This document shows positions 23,048 to 35,679 of a stretch of DNA of 64,000 bases, piece by piece. Each line of letters opens with the position of its first letter. Within the stretch, counting starts at the first letter, position 1. Origin of the DNA: Botryllus schlosseri (lineage: Eukaryota); NCBI GenBank assembly GCA_051294905.1, contig CM119372.1:27220001-27284000 (forward strand). Reading direction: 5' to 3'. The notes beneath the pieces were generated by a model. That model was not told the DNA's origin. It made no database searches and worked only from the letters and a program-made list of their open reading frames with translations. The translations under genes were made by a program, and so were the position numbers.

Positions 23048-24815
23048 CAGAGGTGGTCAAAGTAGTCAAGAAAGCTACTCAAGTAGAAGTAGAAGTAGCG
23101 ACGGAAAAATCTACTCAAGTACGAGTAGAAGTACTTCTTCCATAAGCTCCCTAAAACTACTTGAAGTATAAGTAGAATTGACTGACTTTTAAAGTACTCA
23201 AGTAAGTAAGTAGTTGTGAAAACGATCCTCATTCGTTCACAGGGATTGTAAAAAGGTGCAAATTGAGCTATGCGAATGGTGACGAGCTTGATTCATATTG
23301 ATGCATACCAGCAGGTATCCAATTTTCGATAGCATAAGCATTCGTCCACATCATGGGAAGAAAATGATAGGATTGATATGGAAATGCGATACTTATCCTC
23401 TGTATTCTCGAACAGCACGTTTTAGAAAATAGCATGGTATGGCGCCATCCCCCATATTATAAGGTCCGGAAAAGTTGTATAGGATACGGCGAAAGCACTT
23501 TGCACGATTAGTAAACGTTAATAAAAATATGGTGGACCGTAAAAATGCGACATTGTGTAGCTTTATTTCCGGAAATTTAAAGCATTACTACACTTGCTTT
23601 TATACTTCAACATGTTATCCAGACTAAAGAACTGATTTTAATTATAACTCAAAGTAGGCTATATGATACTGGGAATTGAAAATGAAACATAAATACTACT
23701 TCTAAAAGCGGAACACGTTTTTCATGCCTTTAGTCCAGAAATTTTCAAAGGTGGTATGCTAAAACAGCTCTAAAACTAAGAAAAATGTCAGAGTCTACTT
23801 TGCTAGGCTAGGACGCGCCATGGACATGCTAGATTACGATATGACAAATAAATGCTAGATTGCGAAACATCAGTTTCAAACGTTTTGATGATCCATATAT
23901 ACTGTGATTAATTATTTCACATGGACAAGGACAAAGGTGGACAATGTGGGGATATCTAGATATCTAATTGAATAGTATATTCATATTGAAATGAACCCGA
24001 ATATTTTCGGCTGACACTCGTCAGGGGTAATCGTTAGCAACTAGTAGAGAAATGGAAAGAACATTGTATATCAACAATCGTATCACAAAATATGACGTCA
24101 CCAGCATGAAATTTCGTGAATGTGAGAGCGTTCAATGTACTATTTTTAGGTGGTACACGAACTCCTTTTGTTGACAGAGTTTTGGTTGGTGTATTTTGAT
24201 AAAAGTCGACTCCAAGGCACACAAATGGAATTGTGAACGGCCTCGCCCAACGATTCGAAATCGGTCGTCTCGATAATTATTCGCACAAATCGGATTATCT
24301 AACAGATGTTTGCCGATGGCAGAATTTGATGAGTGTCAGCCGAAAATATTCGGGTTCATTTCAATATGAATATACTATTCAATTGTATATTGAAGTTCTG
24401 TACCTCCAAGAAGCTCTTCAGATATCTAATTCTAGATATACCTGTGTGAACGGAACCACGCCAGCCCGCTACCTAAATTATATTCATCGATACTTCCGAG
24501 AAATCATGCTGGTAACACCGTTTCTACTGCGCGCGAAGCGCGACGAAAATTCTGGGCTTTACTTAATTTTTATGAAAATTAAATGTTGATACTCCGTGAA
24601 AACAGACCCGACATTCCTCAGGCTATCTTCCTGATTGAAAGATTGAACTACTTCTACTTGACAAACTGAAAATAGCGAAAAGTAAGTTAGTAAATCACAA
24701 AATATTACGAAGTAGAAGTAGCGAAAATCAGATCTACTTGAGTAAGTACCAGAAGTAGAGGATAACTACTTGAGTACTTCGTAAAGTAGAAGTACTTCGT
24801 TACTGACCACCTCTG
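23048..24815. mobile_element. hAT-type MITE with AGTAGAAGTA subterminal repeats
   Basis: TIRs CAGAGGTGGTCA...TGACCACCTCTG; perfect TSD GTCACAAG. A partial relative lies at ~19551-19750. Confidence 0.92.
23966..24384. mobile_element. Small element with perfect 54-bp inverted repeats, nested in the 23048-24815 MITE; superfamily unassigned
   Basis: AATTGAATAGTATATTCATATTGAAATGAACCCGAATATTTTCGGCTGACACTC at 23966-24019, with its exact reverse complement at 24331-24384. Confidence 0.8.
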
Positions 24816-25609
24816 GTCACAAGTATTCAGGGACAAACTCTTTCCGCGCCAGGACACATAAACACATAGCGTTTTGACTAACATACGGCTGCCCGAAAGA
24901 TCAGCGGCAAAAAAACCTTGGCCCTAAATGACTGACCGGGTTGGCCAAAACCTTCAATATTTATATGTCCGGTTGTTGGACGCCCAATAGCCTGCCCTTT
25001 CAATCTACATCCCTACTATACATATGGGACCCGCTGGGAAAAATAATGCTCACTGATTTGAAACCAGGTGCGTCTCACAGCAATAGCTTGTGGTCTGGTG
25101 TGTGTGATAGATTGATTCCAATATATTATTAGTAGCGACCATCTTTACAGGTGGTCACGAAATAAAAATATGCTTTACCAATAGTAATTAATCACAATCA
25201 AGATAATTCGTTAAAACCCCATGACCCGTGACATGGGGTTTACCGTCAAATTGCCTCTGGCCAAATGTAAAGTGTGACGTAGACCAATCGCAGTGAGTCG
25301 TGAGATTTCCTTGTGTCCACACCATTGTAGGACACTATATCTACCTATTTGTATCATTTGACCGTTTATGTTTCACAATGACAATGTGCCGTCTACAACG
25401 GTAGGACCATCGAGTAGGCTAGCTGTAAAATGTCAACGGATTAGTTCACCGACAGTGAAACATTTACGATACAAACAAAATGCAGGTTGCAAAAACATTT
25501 TGACTTCGTGAACAATTTCGACAATATTTTGACCAAACGCTACAATTTTGACAAAATTTTGACTTATCTCATGTCAAAAAAAAAACTCGCCCATGTGTTA
25601 AATATTGCA

Positions 25610-25790
25610 ACTCGCAATGGGGTGAATTCTGTTGCATCATCCGCAAAGTATAGGTGACGTATCATATGTTTTCCAGGTACTACCTAAAGAAATTATTGGA
25701 CCAGAGGTTACGCGTTATTATTGCATTCGCCATGAACTATTATTTGTGGAAATGGATTTTAAGCACTCGTTCATAGCCAATCGACTACGC
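25610..25790 (+). pseudogene. Degenerate fragment of a hAT (GTF2IRD2/Buster-like) transposase
   Basis: Reads SIGDVSYVFQVLPKEIIGPEVTRYYCIRHELL, like the hAT DG...G...CxxH region. A hAT right end AAAAGGCTGAGAACCACTG lies nearby at ~26060-26078. Confidence 0.4.
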
Positions 25791-27190
25791 GGATATTCAA
25801 GACACGACCGCGGATTTCAAGAAATGCAGTGGTGAATTCGCTGTGAAATAAGCAAAGTCTTCCCAATTTCTACATAAATAGTATGGTGTTTATCTCAAGA
25901 AAAGTAATTTTGTTGACGTTTATCATTAGCTTACTGTTGATGTTTGCACAGGGCTGATGACGGTTGCACGATATTTGAGCTAAATTTCAACTCACAACTT
26001 GGGAAGGAAGGAGGGGTCCGCGAGGGTCCGTGACAGTTCAAAGGGGGTCCGCGAAGACGAAAAGGCTGAGAACCACTGTACTAGTCATGGAGGTCACGTC
26101 GAGAAGCCGGGTCAAGCAAGTGCAGATAAAAAAATCGTGCCAGCAATTTCGCAACGGCTTAAGCAGCGGAGACGCGAAGCCGCGCAACCGGATAAATTTA
26201 TTCATGCAACTAGCGTGCAGTGCGGTAGCTGGAGCTTTCTTTTAGCTGCAGTTCCATTACAGTGCCTTTCTGAAGAAAATGGGTGTGGTCGAAAATTGTT
26301 TCCCATTTTGATCTTTAATTTCAGATCACATTATATTTAGAGTGCAGTGCCTCTGGTGCTTTTCTGCTGTTTCTTGTACACCAGATAATTTCGAATTGAC
26401 CATCCAGTCGATCAATTAGGTTATTCATGTGTCTAATGCCAATTCAATAACATGTTGAATAGTAAAGGAAATACGCTTTTCTTCAACTACGATGGCTGCA
26501 CCACATCGGGAATACTTTTTGACACATATGTTTTGACATAGTTTGAGTATTTATGTGTGATGCATCGCTCATACTTTATTTTGGCATTCGAGGGTATATA
26601 TGACTTGACGCTTGAGGTGCAAATCTATATGCGACATAAAATATCATGCCGTTGCGGGAAAAATCACAAGGCGTACTTCATGGTTTTGCAAATAAACCTG
26701 TGATAGTCTTACAATGGGGCATTTCCACTTCATTTTGAACACCAGGGGCGATAAAGATAACTCGACCCAAAATTGTTTTGTGGCTATATGCTTTACTATG
26801 GGACTGGACTAAACATGGCCCTAATTTCGTCTCTTGAAGTACAACGGGGACGGTGAAAGTATCCATATCAATATAAATCATCCATATGGATATCAAACAG
26901 CGGTTAGCGACGAAAATGATGCTGTTTCTTGGCGTCTTGTTCTCGTGATGGAAGTGCTGAAATTATGCTCTATCCTTATCTCCAACTGTAATGGTTTCTA
27001 TTCTCCATTTAGCGGCCAAAAGTACACCAGATTGGGCTGGATTCACCACAAACCCTTTCTAGATATATTATGACCTTGGCGGCCAAATAGCTGTCTTGTT
27101 GAAAGACTTCATGTCATTTCAATACCTTCCTATCCTTTAATCTCACCACTATCTGTTGGTGCTTTTAAATGATAAAATACTGATAAAACC

Positions 27191-27352
27191 AACTAGATCT
27201 CATCCTCTCTGATGATTGACAATTAAAGGATGCACCAGTTGTATTGTTGCAGTTATAATACTAACTAACAACTAGATCTCATCCTCTCTGATCATTGACA
27301 ATTAAACGATGTAGCCTACCAGTTGTATTAATTGTTACAGTTATATTACTAA
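27191..27352. repeat. ~80-bp tandem duplication
   Basis: AACTAGATCTCATCCTCTCTGAT.ATTGACAATTAAA.GATG...CCAGTTGTATT...CAGTTATA.TACTAA occurs twice. Confidence 0.85.
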
Positions 27353-29196
27353 ATAAATTGGAACGGTCATAGTCTATGGAGCAAAGGTTCTCGAATAAAT
27401 TGTATGGTAAGCAGATAAAACTTGGGATTATAAAATTCTAAGCAACATATTATTCATGGTCATATTATTACTCGGTTACACAATAATTCTCAACTTGAAG
27501 GAATGTCAACCCGGAACCCGCTATTTGAGAAACCAATGTATATGACTGCTCTAAGCCTAAGACATAAAGCAAAATACTAAGGTGGAAACCCAATTGATAC
27601 AAATAGCATCACCATATCAAAGAATATTCAACGAGAATGTTATTGTGAAACTTGCAGATTGTAAAACACAAAAATGAGCTCACGGGCATTGGTCATTCTT
27701 GCTCATCTAGTTTGTAGTTGAAATTCATGAAGGTTTTAGCAAAGTTCGTTGCGCTAGCAACATAACATGTATAGAATACATATATTAAGAGTCCGGGTAT
27801 TGAGCAACCGACAATAGTCGTCAGATTATATTTTCATCTGAACAAGACACACACAATATACAATACAATGCAATGAACAGATAGGAGGATGCCGAACGAC
27901 CAGTTGCGGTCTTTGGCATCCACCTCGGCCTGGTACCCCATGTCACAGTTCTTTTTTTTATGTTAGTCTCTTCTCCGAAGCTCTTTCCATTCTTGTGAGT
28001 TGACTCTTTCATCGGGTCTCCTGTTTTGTTGATGTCATATGTGATCGTTTGCTTTACTGTCTTACAAGTTTGCATAATTTCCAAATTTTTCGGTTTAAAG
28101 TACAAAAATGACGCCATGCTTCAATATCCGACAGTGCTGATGATATCATGAACACAAATAGAGAGCTCATGATCCAGACCAGAAACAGGGGTTGTTTTCG
28201 CCAATAAGTTGCTCATGACAGGTTTACTTGCATAGAATAATTAAGCGAAGAAGCAAAGTTATGTGTGAAGTTGCCGCAAGTCCCACTCTGGCCTGGATCA
28301 TAATCATCCCTGGCTTTACTCAGGTTCACTGATACTTGCCTAGGTTTAATGTCCAACAGCTGTTCTTCAATCCATAGGCAACGCACCAGAATGTCAAAGA
28401 AGAAGTTGAAGTGACTGTACTTGAAAAAAGTACCGGTACAATATTTCATGGATTTACCATTGGAATGGTGGTTGCTTTTCACAAAGTATGCTTCTTAGTT
28501 CTTACGATAACGGGTGAATCCCTATAGATTCAGCTAGCCCTTTTCCAAATTGTTGAATTGTCATAACAAGATGCCGTGACTGATGACTCTACGGCAGTGG
28601 TTCCCAACGTGGGCGATATCGCCCCCCAGGGGGCGATTTGGCGGTCTGAGGGGGGGGGGGGCGAAAATAACGAAGGGGGTGATAGGGGGGGCAAAACGGA
28701 CGAAGGGGGCGATAGAGGGCGAAAACAACGAAGGGAGCGATAGGGGGCGAAGGCGCGTTAAAACGGCTATATTGGAGTCGGGACCGTAACTACCGCACCC
28801 CACATCGCCCAATTGGGGGTGGGGGGGGGGCCGAAATCGAAGGAAGCCCAAAATTATTTCGTGAATTAACATGAATGATAGAGTAATTCTTTTGAACTTT
28901 TTCAAAAAATTTTCGCGCAGTACTCATATGAAGTTATAGGTCATGTAACATGCGACTCCGAGAAGTGTGCCAGAACGATGAGCAGCGAGAAGACCTTGGC
29001 CGAAAAGGAATGCCCTTGTACTGACCGAAAACTTCGATATATAAACATATATGCTTAATTTAGGGTTGCCATATTTTTGTGAAGCAAATTCCGGACACTC
29101 TTTAGCGCCCACTAGCGGATTTTAAAATGAGGTGCAACACATTGACCGTCAATATGACGTCACACTAGCAAAGCATTATCCTTCGACTGTATACAC

Positions 29197-32100
29197 CAGT
29201 GGTTCTTAACCTTTTTTCCTCCAGCGCCCCCTTTCAAAGATTATCGTGCTCCAGCGCCCCCCAACCCCATATTGTAAGGAAGGTAATAAAGACAATGAGT
29301 AAGAGGGAGGGCCGTAACAGCACTTCGTCAACCCCCTAAAAACGATTGCCTTTCGCACCCATAGCGTGATAAATAAAACTTCTGAGGGCTTGGCCCCCAA
29401 AAACCCCGTAGCGTGATTTCGATGGTCAGCAAAGTTTGTGTGGCCTGGTTGCCCTATGTGCCAAAATTTTCTATAATGCATGAATGAATAGGTGGTAATT
29501 ACATATATACAAGGCCGTAACAGCACTTCGTCAGCCCCCCCCCCAAAACCTTCATCTTGGGCCCCCCATAGGCTGATAAACCTAACATCTGGGGGGCTTC
29601 GCCCCCCAGACCTCCCTCAGCCAGTGCGCCGTTTCCCGCTACTTATCCTCTACATTGGCTGTCCATTCTGTGTGTCAGTTTTTCTCGCCTGAACGCGCGA
29701 AGCGCAAGAAATTTTTATAATTCGATGACTGAATCGGTCAATATGATCAGGAATTGCATATATATTGCTGTTAGTTTTTACCCTATTTCTGCTGACGTAA
29801 TCGGATTTACCGGTAGAGCTGAGTGAGGAGTGTTTGAAAAGGTAGGAACCCTCAATAATAATTAAACATCGCCGGGTGTATACCCGTTGCCAAGAACGAA
29901 ACAACACTTCGTCACGCCCCCATCCCCCCCAAAATACCTTGAGTCCTGGGCTTCCATAAGGTGATAAACCCGCCCCCATCACGTTGTTCGCTTTTTCAAC
30001 GAAATTATAGGGGTACCGTTTCGAGAGCCAGCGAGCCAGGTGCGCAAATTTTTGATAAGTCATGATAAATCGGTCAATAAGGTCGGTAATTGCATATATA
30101 TTGTTATGAATTTATTGTCCTATCTACTCATATTTACCTGGATAGCTAAGTGAGGTGTCTTCGAAACTGTTGAGTCCGTAAATAATAATTAAACATATTC
30201 GGGTGGGTGGACCCGTTGGTATGACTTCGTTACATGATGTTATTTCGAGACCTCCTGTCTATCAAAAAATATAGAATCGGCCAAACGTACTAAACTAAAA
30301 GCTCACACGATTTCAAATTGGTATTTCTTCGCTGCCATATAATTTTTCCCTGCGGGATGGTATTTGTCTTGTGAGATTCAGATTGCCAAGACAGAAACAT
30401 TCGGCGCCAATCAATTAAACCTATGTGTATTTTGTATGCCTATATTTAACGAAGTTTTCGGTCATTATAAGGGCAGTCCCTTTCGGCCAAGGTTTTCTCG
30501 CCGGCGATCGTTCTGGCACACTTCTTGGAGTCGCATATTACATGGCCTAAAACTTTATGTCTTGGTGCGTCGTGGCGCGGCAATAGCCAACGCCGATATG
30601 CCCATTTCTATAAATGTTGCGTATTTTTTCTTCGGGGAAGAGTACCCAATAATCAAGATATTTGGCAACCCGAAATCGCGTCCCGCGCGAAAAATTTTTG
30701 ATAAAGTTCCACAAATTTCCAAAAAATACTCTATAATTTATGCTAATTCACGAAATAATTTTGGGCCTCCTTCGAGCTCGCCCCCCCCCCCAATTGGGGG
30801 GTTTGGGGTGCGGCAGTTACGGCCCTGCATATACATGTCGCTCTAAACTTTTAATCCTCTCAGCCCACGTAATCAGATTTACCAGTAGCGCTGAGTGAGC
30901 TGTTGTATTGGAAAATAAAAGGCACGTAATTGCTAATTAAACATATTCGGGCGTGCCCGTAGGTACAATTAATTCGTTACCAGGGCCGTAACAGCACTTC
31001 ATCAGCCCCCCTACCAAAAAACGTTGGTCTTGGGCCCCCCATAGGGTGATAAACCAAACTTCTGGGTTGCTTCGCTCCAAGACCCCCCTCGGCTATCCGC
31101 TATTTGCTGATACTGGTCATCTACATTGGGTGTCGATCTACTGAGCCAGCTATTCTCGCCTAGACGCGCGAAACGCGAAAAATTTCACTAATTATTGATT
31201 GAATTGGTCAATATGATCGGGAATCGCATATATATTGATATCGATTTTTATCCTCTCTCTGCTCACGTAAACAGATTTACCGTTAGAGCTGAGTGATGTG
31301 TGATTGAAAAGGTAGGACTCCTTCAGTAATAATTATGCATCTTCGGGCGTATACCCGTTGTCAGGAACGAAACGACACTTCGTAGGGCCCCCCGAAAAAA
31401 CTTGGGTCTTGGGCTCCCATAGGGTGATAAACCGACCGCCCCCCATCACGTTGTTCGCTTTTGCCACGAAATCAGCTGTATTGTTTAGCGAGCCAGTGCG
31501 AAGCGCGAAAATGTTCGATAATTCATGATAAAATCGGTCAATAAGATCGGGAATTGCATATATAGTGCTATCAATTTCTTGTCCTCTCTGCTCACGTTAC
31601 CAGATTTACCGGTAGAGCTGAGTGAGGTGCAATGTTCCCTCTAAGCTGCGCACGTGCGCAGTGCTGACACGGTCTCTGTGCACAGAAAATCTACGTTGCG
31701 CATAACAAATCCGAAGTTATGACCTTTCTTTAGTCGTTACGCACTGCTGTCCAAGGGTCTGCGCAGTGAGTTGGTGATTGTGCGCAGACTCGTCAAAACG
31801 TAGAGGGAACATTGTTAGGTGTCTTGGAAACTGTAGGGGCCGTAACTAATAATTAAACCTATTCGGGCGGGTGGACCCGTTGGTATGACTTCGTTGCATG
31901 ATGTTATTTCGTGACCTCCTGTCTGCTATATCAAAAAATATAGAATCGCCCAACAGGGATATCGCCCAACAGGGATATCTAGTTCTATATATCCCTGTCG
32001 CCCAATCGTATTAAACTAAAAGACTAACACGATTTCAAATTGGTATTTCTTCACTGGCATATAATTTTTCTCAGCCAGATGGAATTCATCTTCTGAGGTT

Positions 32101-32396
32101 CAGATTGCCAAGACAGGAACATTCGGTGCCAGTCATTTAGGCGCATATGGACAATTAAACGTATATGTCTTTTGTAGGCTGTATATAACGAAGTTTTTGG
32201 TGTTAATTCGCTCTAAATACTCATTAAGGATATGTCCTACTACTGCATCATCTGCTGCGAAGCCATTTTTTCCAGCGTCCCCCCATATCGCCCCCCTGAG
32301 CCCAGCGCCCCCCATATCGCCCCCTGAGCGTTTACGCCCCCTTCAAAATCGCCAGCGCCCCTTGGGGGGCGCTGGAGGCAAGGTTAAGAACCATGG
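29197..32396. mobile_element. hAT non-autonomous element (family C, 3.2 kb) with internal tandem modules
   Basis: Ends CAGTGGTTCTTAACC...GGTTAAGAACCATGG; perfect TSD GTATACAC. A shorter, inverted sister copy lies at 55843-57718. Confidence 0.9.
31630..31814. mobile_element. 185-bp MITE inside family C; also present, inverted, at ~56424-56609
   Basis: TIRs CAATGTTCCCTCTA...TAGAGGGAACATTG interrupt the module sequence GAGCTGAGTGAGGTG|TCTTGG, with a duplicated T(G/T)AGGTG. Confidence 0.8.
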
Positions 32397-35300
32397 GTAT
32401 ACACTATGTATACAGGAATGAAGTGGAACATAGGTCATGAAATGGGCCATCTGTAATGTGAGCTCTGGTGATTGCTACTCGCTAGGGTTTGCAATAGATT
32501 TATCCACGGGCCGGATGAAATCATCTGGCCTGTCAGGATTGTGTTTTACAGCACTGCTATACAGTTAGGTCGGCGCGGCTATCTGTTTATGTGCTTTAAT
32601 CAAGTTCGAGACAACATTTTTTTCCCCCAACTTTCGCCCAAAAAGCACTGATCTTGGGCCCACCATAGGATAGTCGATGTACCTTGTTGGGCACTTCCTA
32701 TATGCATTAGGCTGTTAAATTTTATGTATGAATTCTGTCAACAATATTGATTCTTCGATATATTAGGCTCCTATAAAATGCACCAGCAGGTTGCACATCC
32801 GGTGATTTCCAACCTTTTTTGCTCGCGACCTCATTTCCCACTTGAAAATGTTCCGTGGCAAAGCTCAAAACTTGATAAGCTGATTACTAAAAAAATTCCA
32901 TATTGACCGATTCAAGCATGAATTACATAAATTTGTCGCTCTTCGCGCGATTAGAACTAACGGTACATGAAATAGGGTATAGCTGATATGTAGCGACAAA
33001 AAGCCCACTGGCTGAGGGGGCTCTGGGGTTTGGTTTATCGCCCTATTGGGCGAAAGAACAACATTTTTTTCGGGGTGGGGGGTGGGGTGGGGTCTGACGA
33101 AGTGCTGTTTGTCGGTTCCCAATATTTGGGGGGCGATGAACGGTGTGGAGCTTCAAAAGGGGGCGATGAGTCGAAAAAGGTTGGGAACCACTGCTCTACG
33201 GTCTATTCTTGTGCAACAGCTTCCGCTTTTACTTTTGGCATAGACATCTCTTCTGCAACATCTTTCATTGAAAACAGATGACACTGCCTCTCTCTGATAT
33301 TGATATTGATACTTTCACTATCCTCGTCGTACTTCAAGAGACGAAATTAGGTCCATGTTTAGTTCAGTCCCATAGTAAAGCATAAAGCAACAAAACAGTT
33401 TTGGGTCGAGTTATCTTTATCGCCCCTAGTGTTCAAAATGAAGTGGAAATGTCCCATTATAGTTATCATATTGGCATATTGACTGTTTTAAATAACCTGA
33501 AAGTCCGGGAAAATGTCGTGCCAAGAACCTTTAATCACTGTTGCGTTTGGGTGGTTCAGCAAAGACGATGCCACAGTTCGATAATTGAACAAGCTTTCGG
33601 CGGTGTTTGCGCAGGAGTGTTGAATAGTGAAGATTGGAGTACGCTGATTCCAATAATTACCGTTGGATTTCAATTGTCGACGCCTGGGATCCCCAATCGG
33701 CCTCATTTGACGATCTAATCATTGATCGGCTGAAGACTGCCAAACAAGGTTTGATGTTTTTCCGAGGCCCCGGATTTTAGAGGCAGCGTTAGCTTTTGAT
33801 CTTCGAATACCATTCGAAATGATACACTTGAACCGGTATATCAGATATATTTGTACCATTTCTTTTTCCGGTATAGATGACAAAGTCTGTCTAACGAAAA
33901 ATCCGATAATACGGGTATGTCGCAGCATACGAATGCCGCAATATACTGCTGTCGCACATTCAATACCGTCATTATTTAGCCTAAATAATGAGCAGTTGGT
34001 CACATTTGTCCTGTTTAATCCGAGATAGTCCCGTGTTTACGGGATTAGGGTTGAAGCAAGTGCGGTACCAATGCACCACGGACCACCGACTGAAGACCGC
34101 GCAGTCGATCGTGTGAACACAATGAATTCATCATTTCGTGTCAAAATATGTCATTTTGACCAATAACAATTTGAAGTCCCATTCTTGTACCACTACCCGA
34201 TCTTGTGACGAGACGCCACTGGTATATCAAATAGGGATGGTGTGAAACTCTGAAAGTTTCAGGTTCGTGTGAATGCGAACCTTTTTGAAAGGTTCTGTGT
34301 GAACGCGAAAGGGAACCTCATGTCGTCACCGCCTCACTTGCCTCCCCAGACCCCACATCACTGGATTGATGTACCTTAAGCTGGCAAATTGGATGGGTGG
34401 ATAAATCGAATGATAAATCAAACGAGCTCAGGTATACTAACGACGCATCATTGTGGACTTTATTGATAACATCAGCAAATGTGCATTCGTTATTTTGCAA
34501 GTAAGAAGCGATATCCTTGATATCTGTTAAGATGACAAACTGAATCAGGGATACCCAACCTGCGGCCCACCAGGTCGCTAGTAATTTTTAATCCAAGTAG
34601 TATTTTGAACTTATATTCTTGGCCTTTAAAATGTATCAGTCATCATCTCTCCGTCCATGCACCTTTTTAATTCTCGTGCGTGATTTATGACGAAATGAAG
34701 CTTCTTGCGCGATAATGCCTCCAGATACTGGTTGAATGAGGATATATATAGAGTGCTGGATGTCAGTTACGACATTTGTTTTGCTGTGTTGGTTGACAGT
34801 TGTTATTTTTTAAATGTATCTTTTTGCTGCGACTTTTGTTAATATTAAGTGCAATAAAAACTTGAACTATTACCTATAGGCTCAATATGATTCGTTTCTT
34901 GGCAAATTTTGCGATTTTAAATATTCTTCCAAGTTCAACATTGAAAAAGCAAATTAATATTTTTGGATGTAGGCTATTCGTTGAGAAGATGGATTATAAT
35001 TTTGTTACCTCCGTCTATCGTAAGGCTGTATTCAGTAGCGATAAATTCCATCGGATTCATTTTGTCGTAAAATCAATTTGACAAGAACGTTGGTACACCG
35101 GACCCCAATTGTCACCCTATGGAGCACCGAAGACCATCGTTTTTGGTGGGGAGGAGATGACGAAGTGCTGTTTCGGTACTGCCGCTATGTACCGGGAATG
35201 TCCATTATTAATCAACAATGTTTGATATTATCCATCAACGGACAGCTCAACAGTCGGCAAAAGAACCTGAAATCGTGGTTCACGTTGTGCTGTGGGAGTT

Positions 35301-35679
35301 AGGGGAGATGTGGTACCGATGGATCAAAAATTGGAAAATGATCTCTGGCCCCAAAATGTTCAGCCAATAACAGCAGATCTTTTGCTGGCTCAACACTTTG
35401 ATACAAGCTCTACCTATCGCGCACATATACATAAATATCCGTCTTTTCGAAAAATATTCATGAACGTTAAAAATTTGTTGCTCGAACGTATCATCGGTCC
35501 CCACCCGTTGGGTCCAAAGGCACAAGACTCGGGAACTTATAAGACATACTCTCAAAAACTCAAATGATACAACTTCTCTTGCTGTGTAATATAATCTAAG
35601 CCACAGCAAGCCAAAGAAGAATGTTTGGTCGCAACTATCAAAAAATGAAAATAATAATAGCTGAAATGTTGCCATAGAA

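Larger units (their letters stand above)
28595..33193. mobile_element. hAT non-autonomous element (family A) hosting several nested insertions
   Basis: TIRs CAGTGGTTCCCAAC...GTTGGGAACCACTG; perfect TSD CTCTACGG. Its ends are collinear with the uninterrupted copy at 41455-42642. Confidence 0.9.

Noticed and set aside
28561..33281. Many 60-170-aa Gly/Pro-rich ORFs (also 41442-43307 and 55715-57965)
   Set aside because: They arise from GC-rich subterminal repeats of non-autonomous hAT elements, with no transposase motifs or conserved frames between copies.
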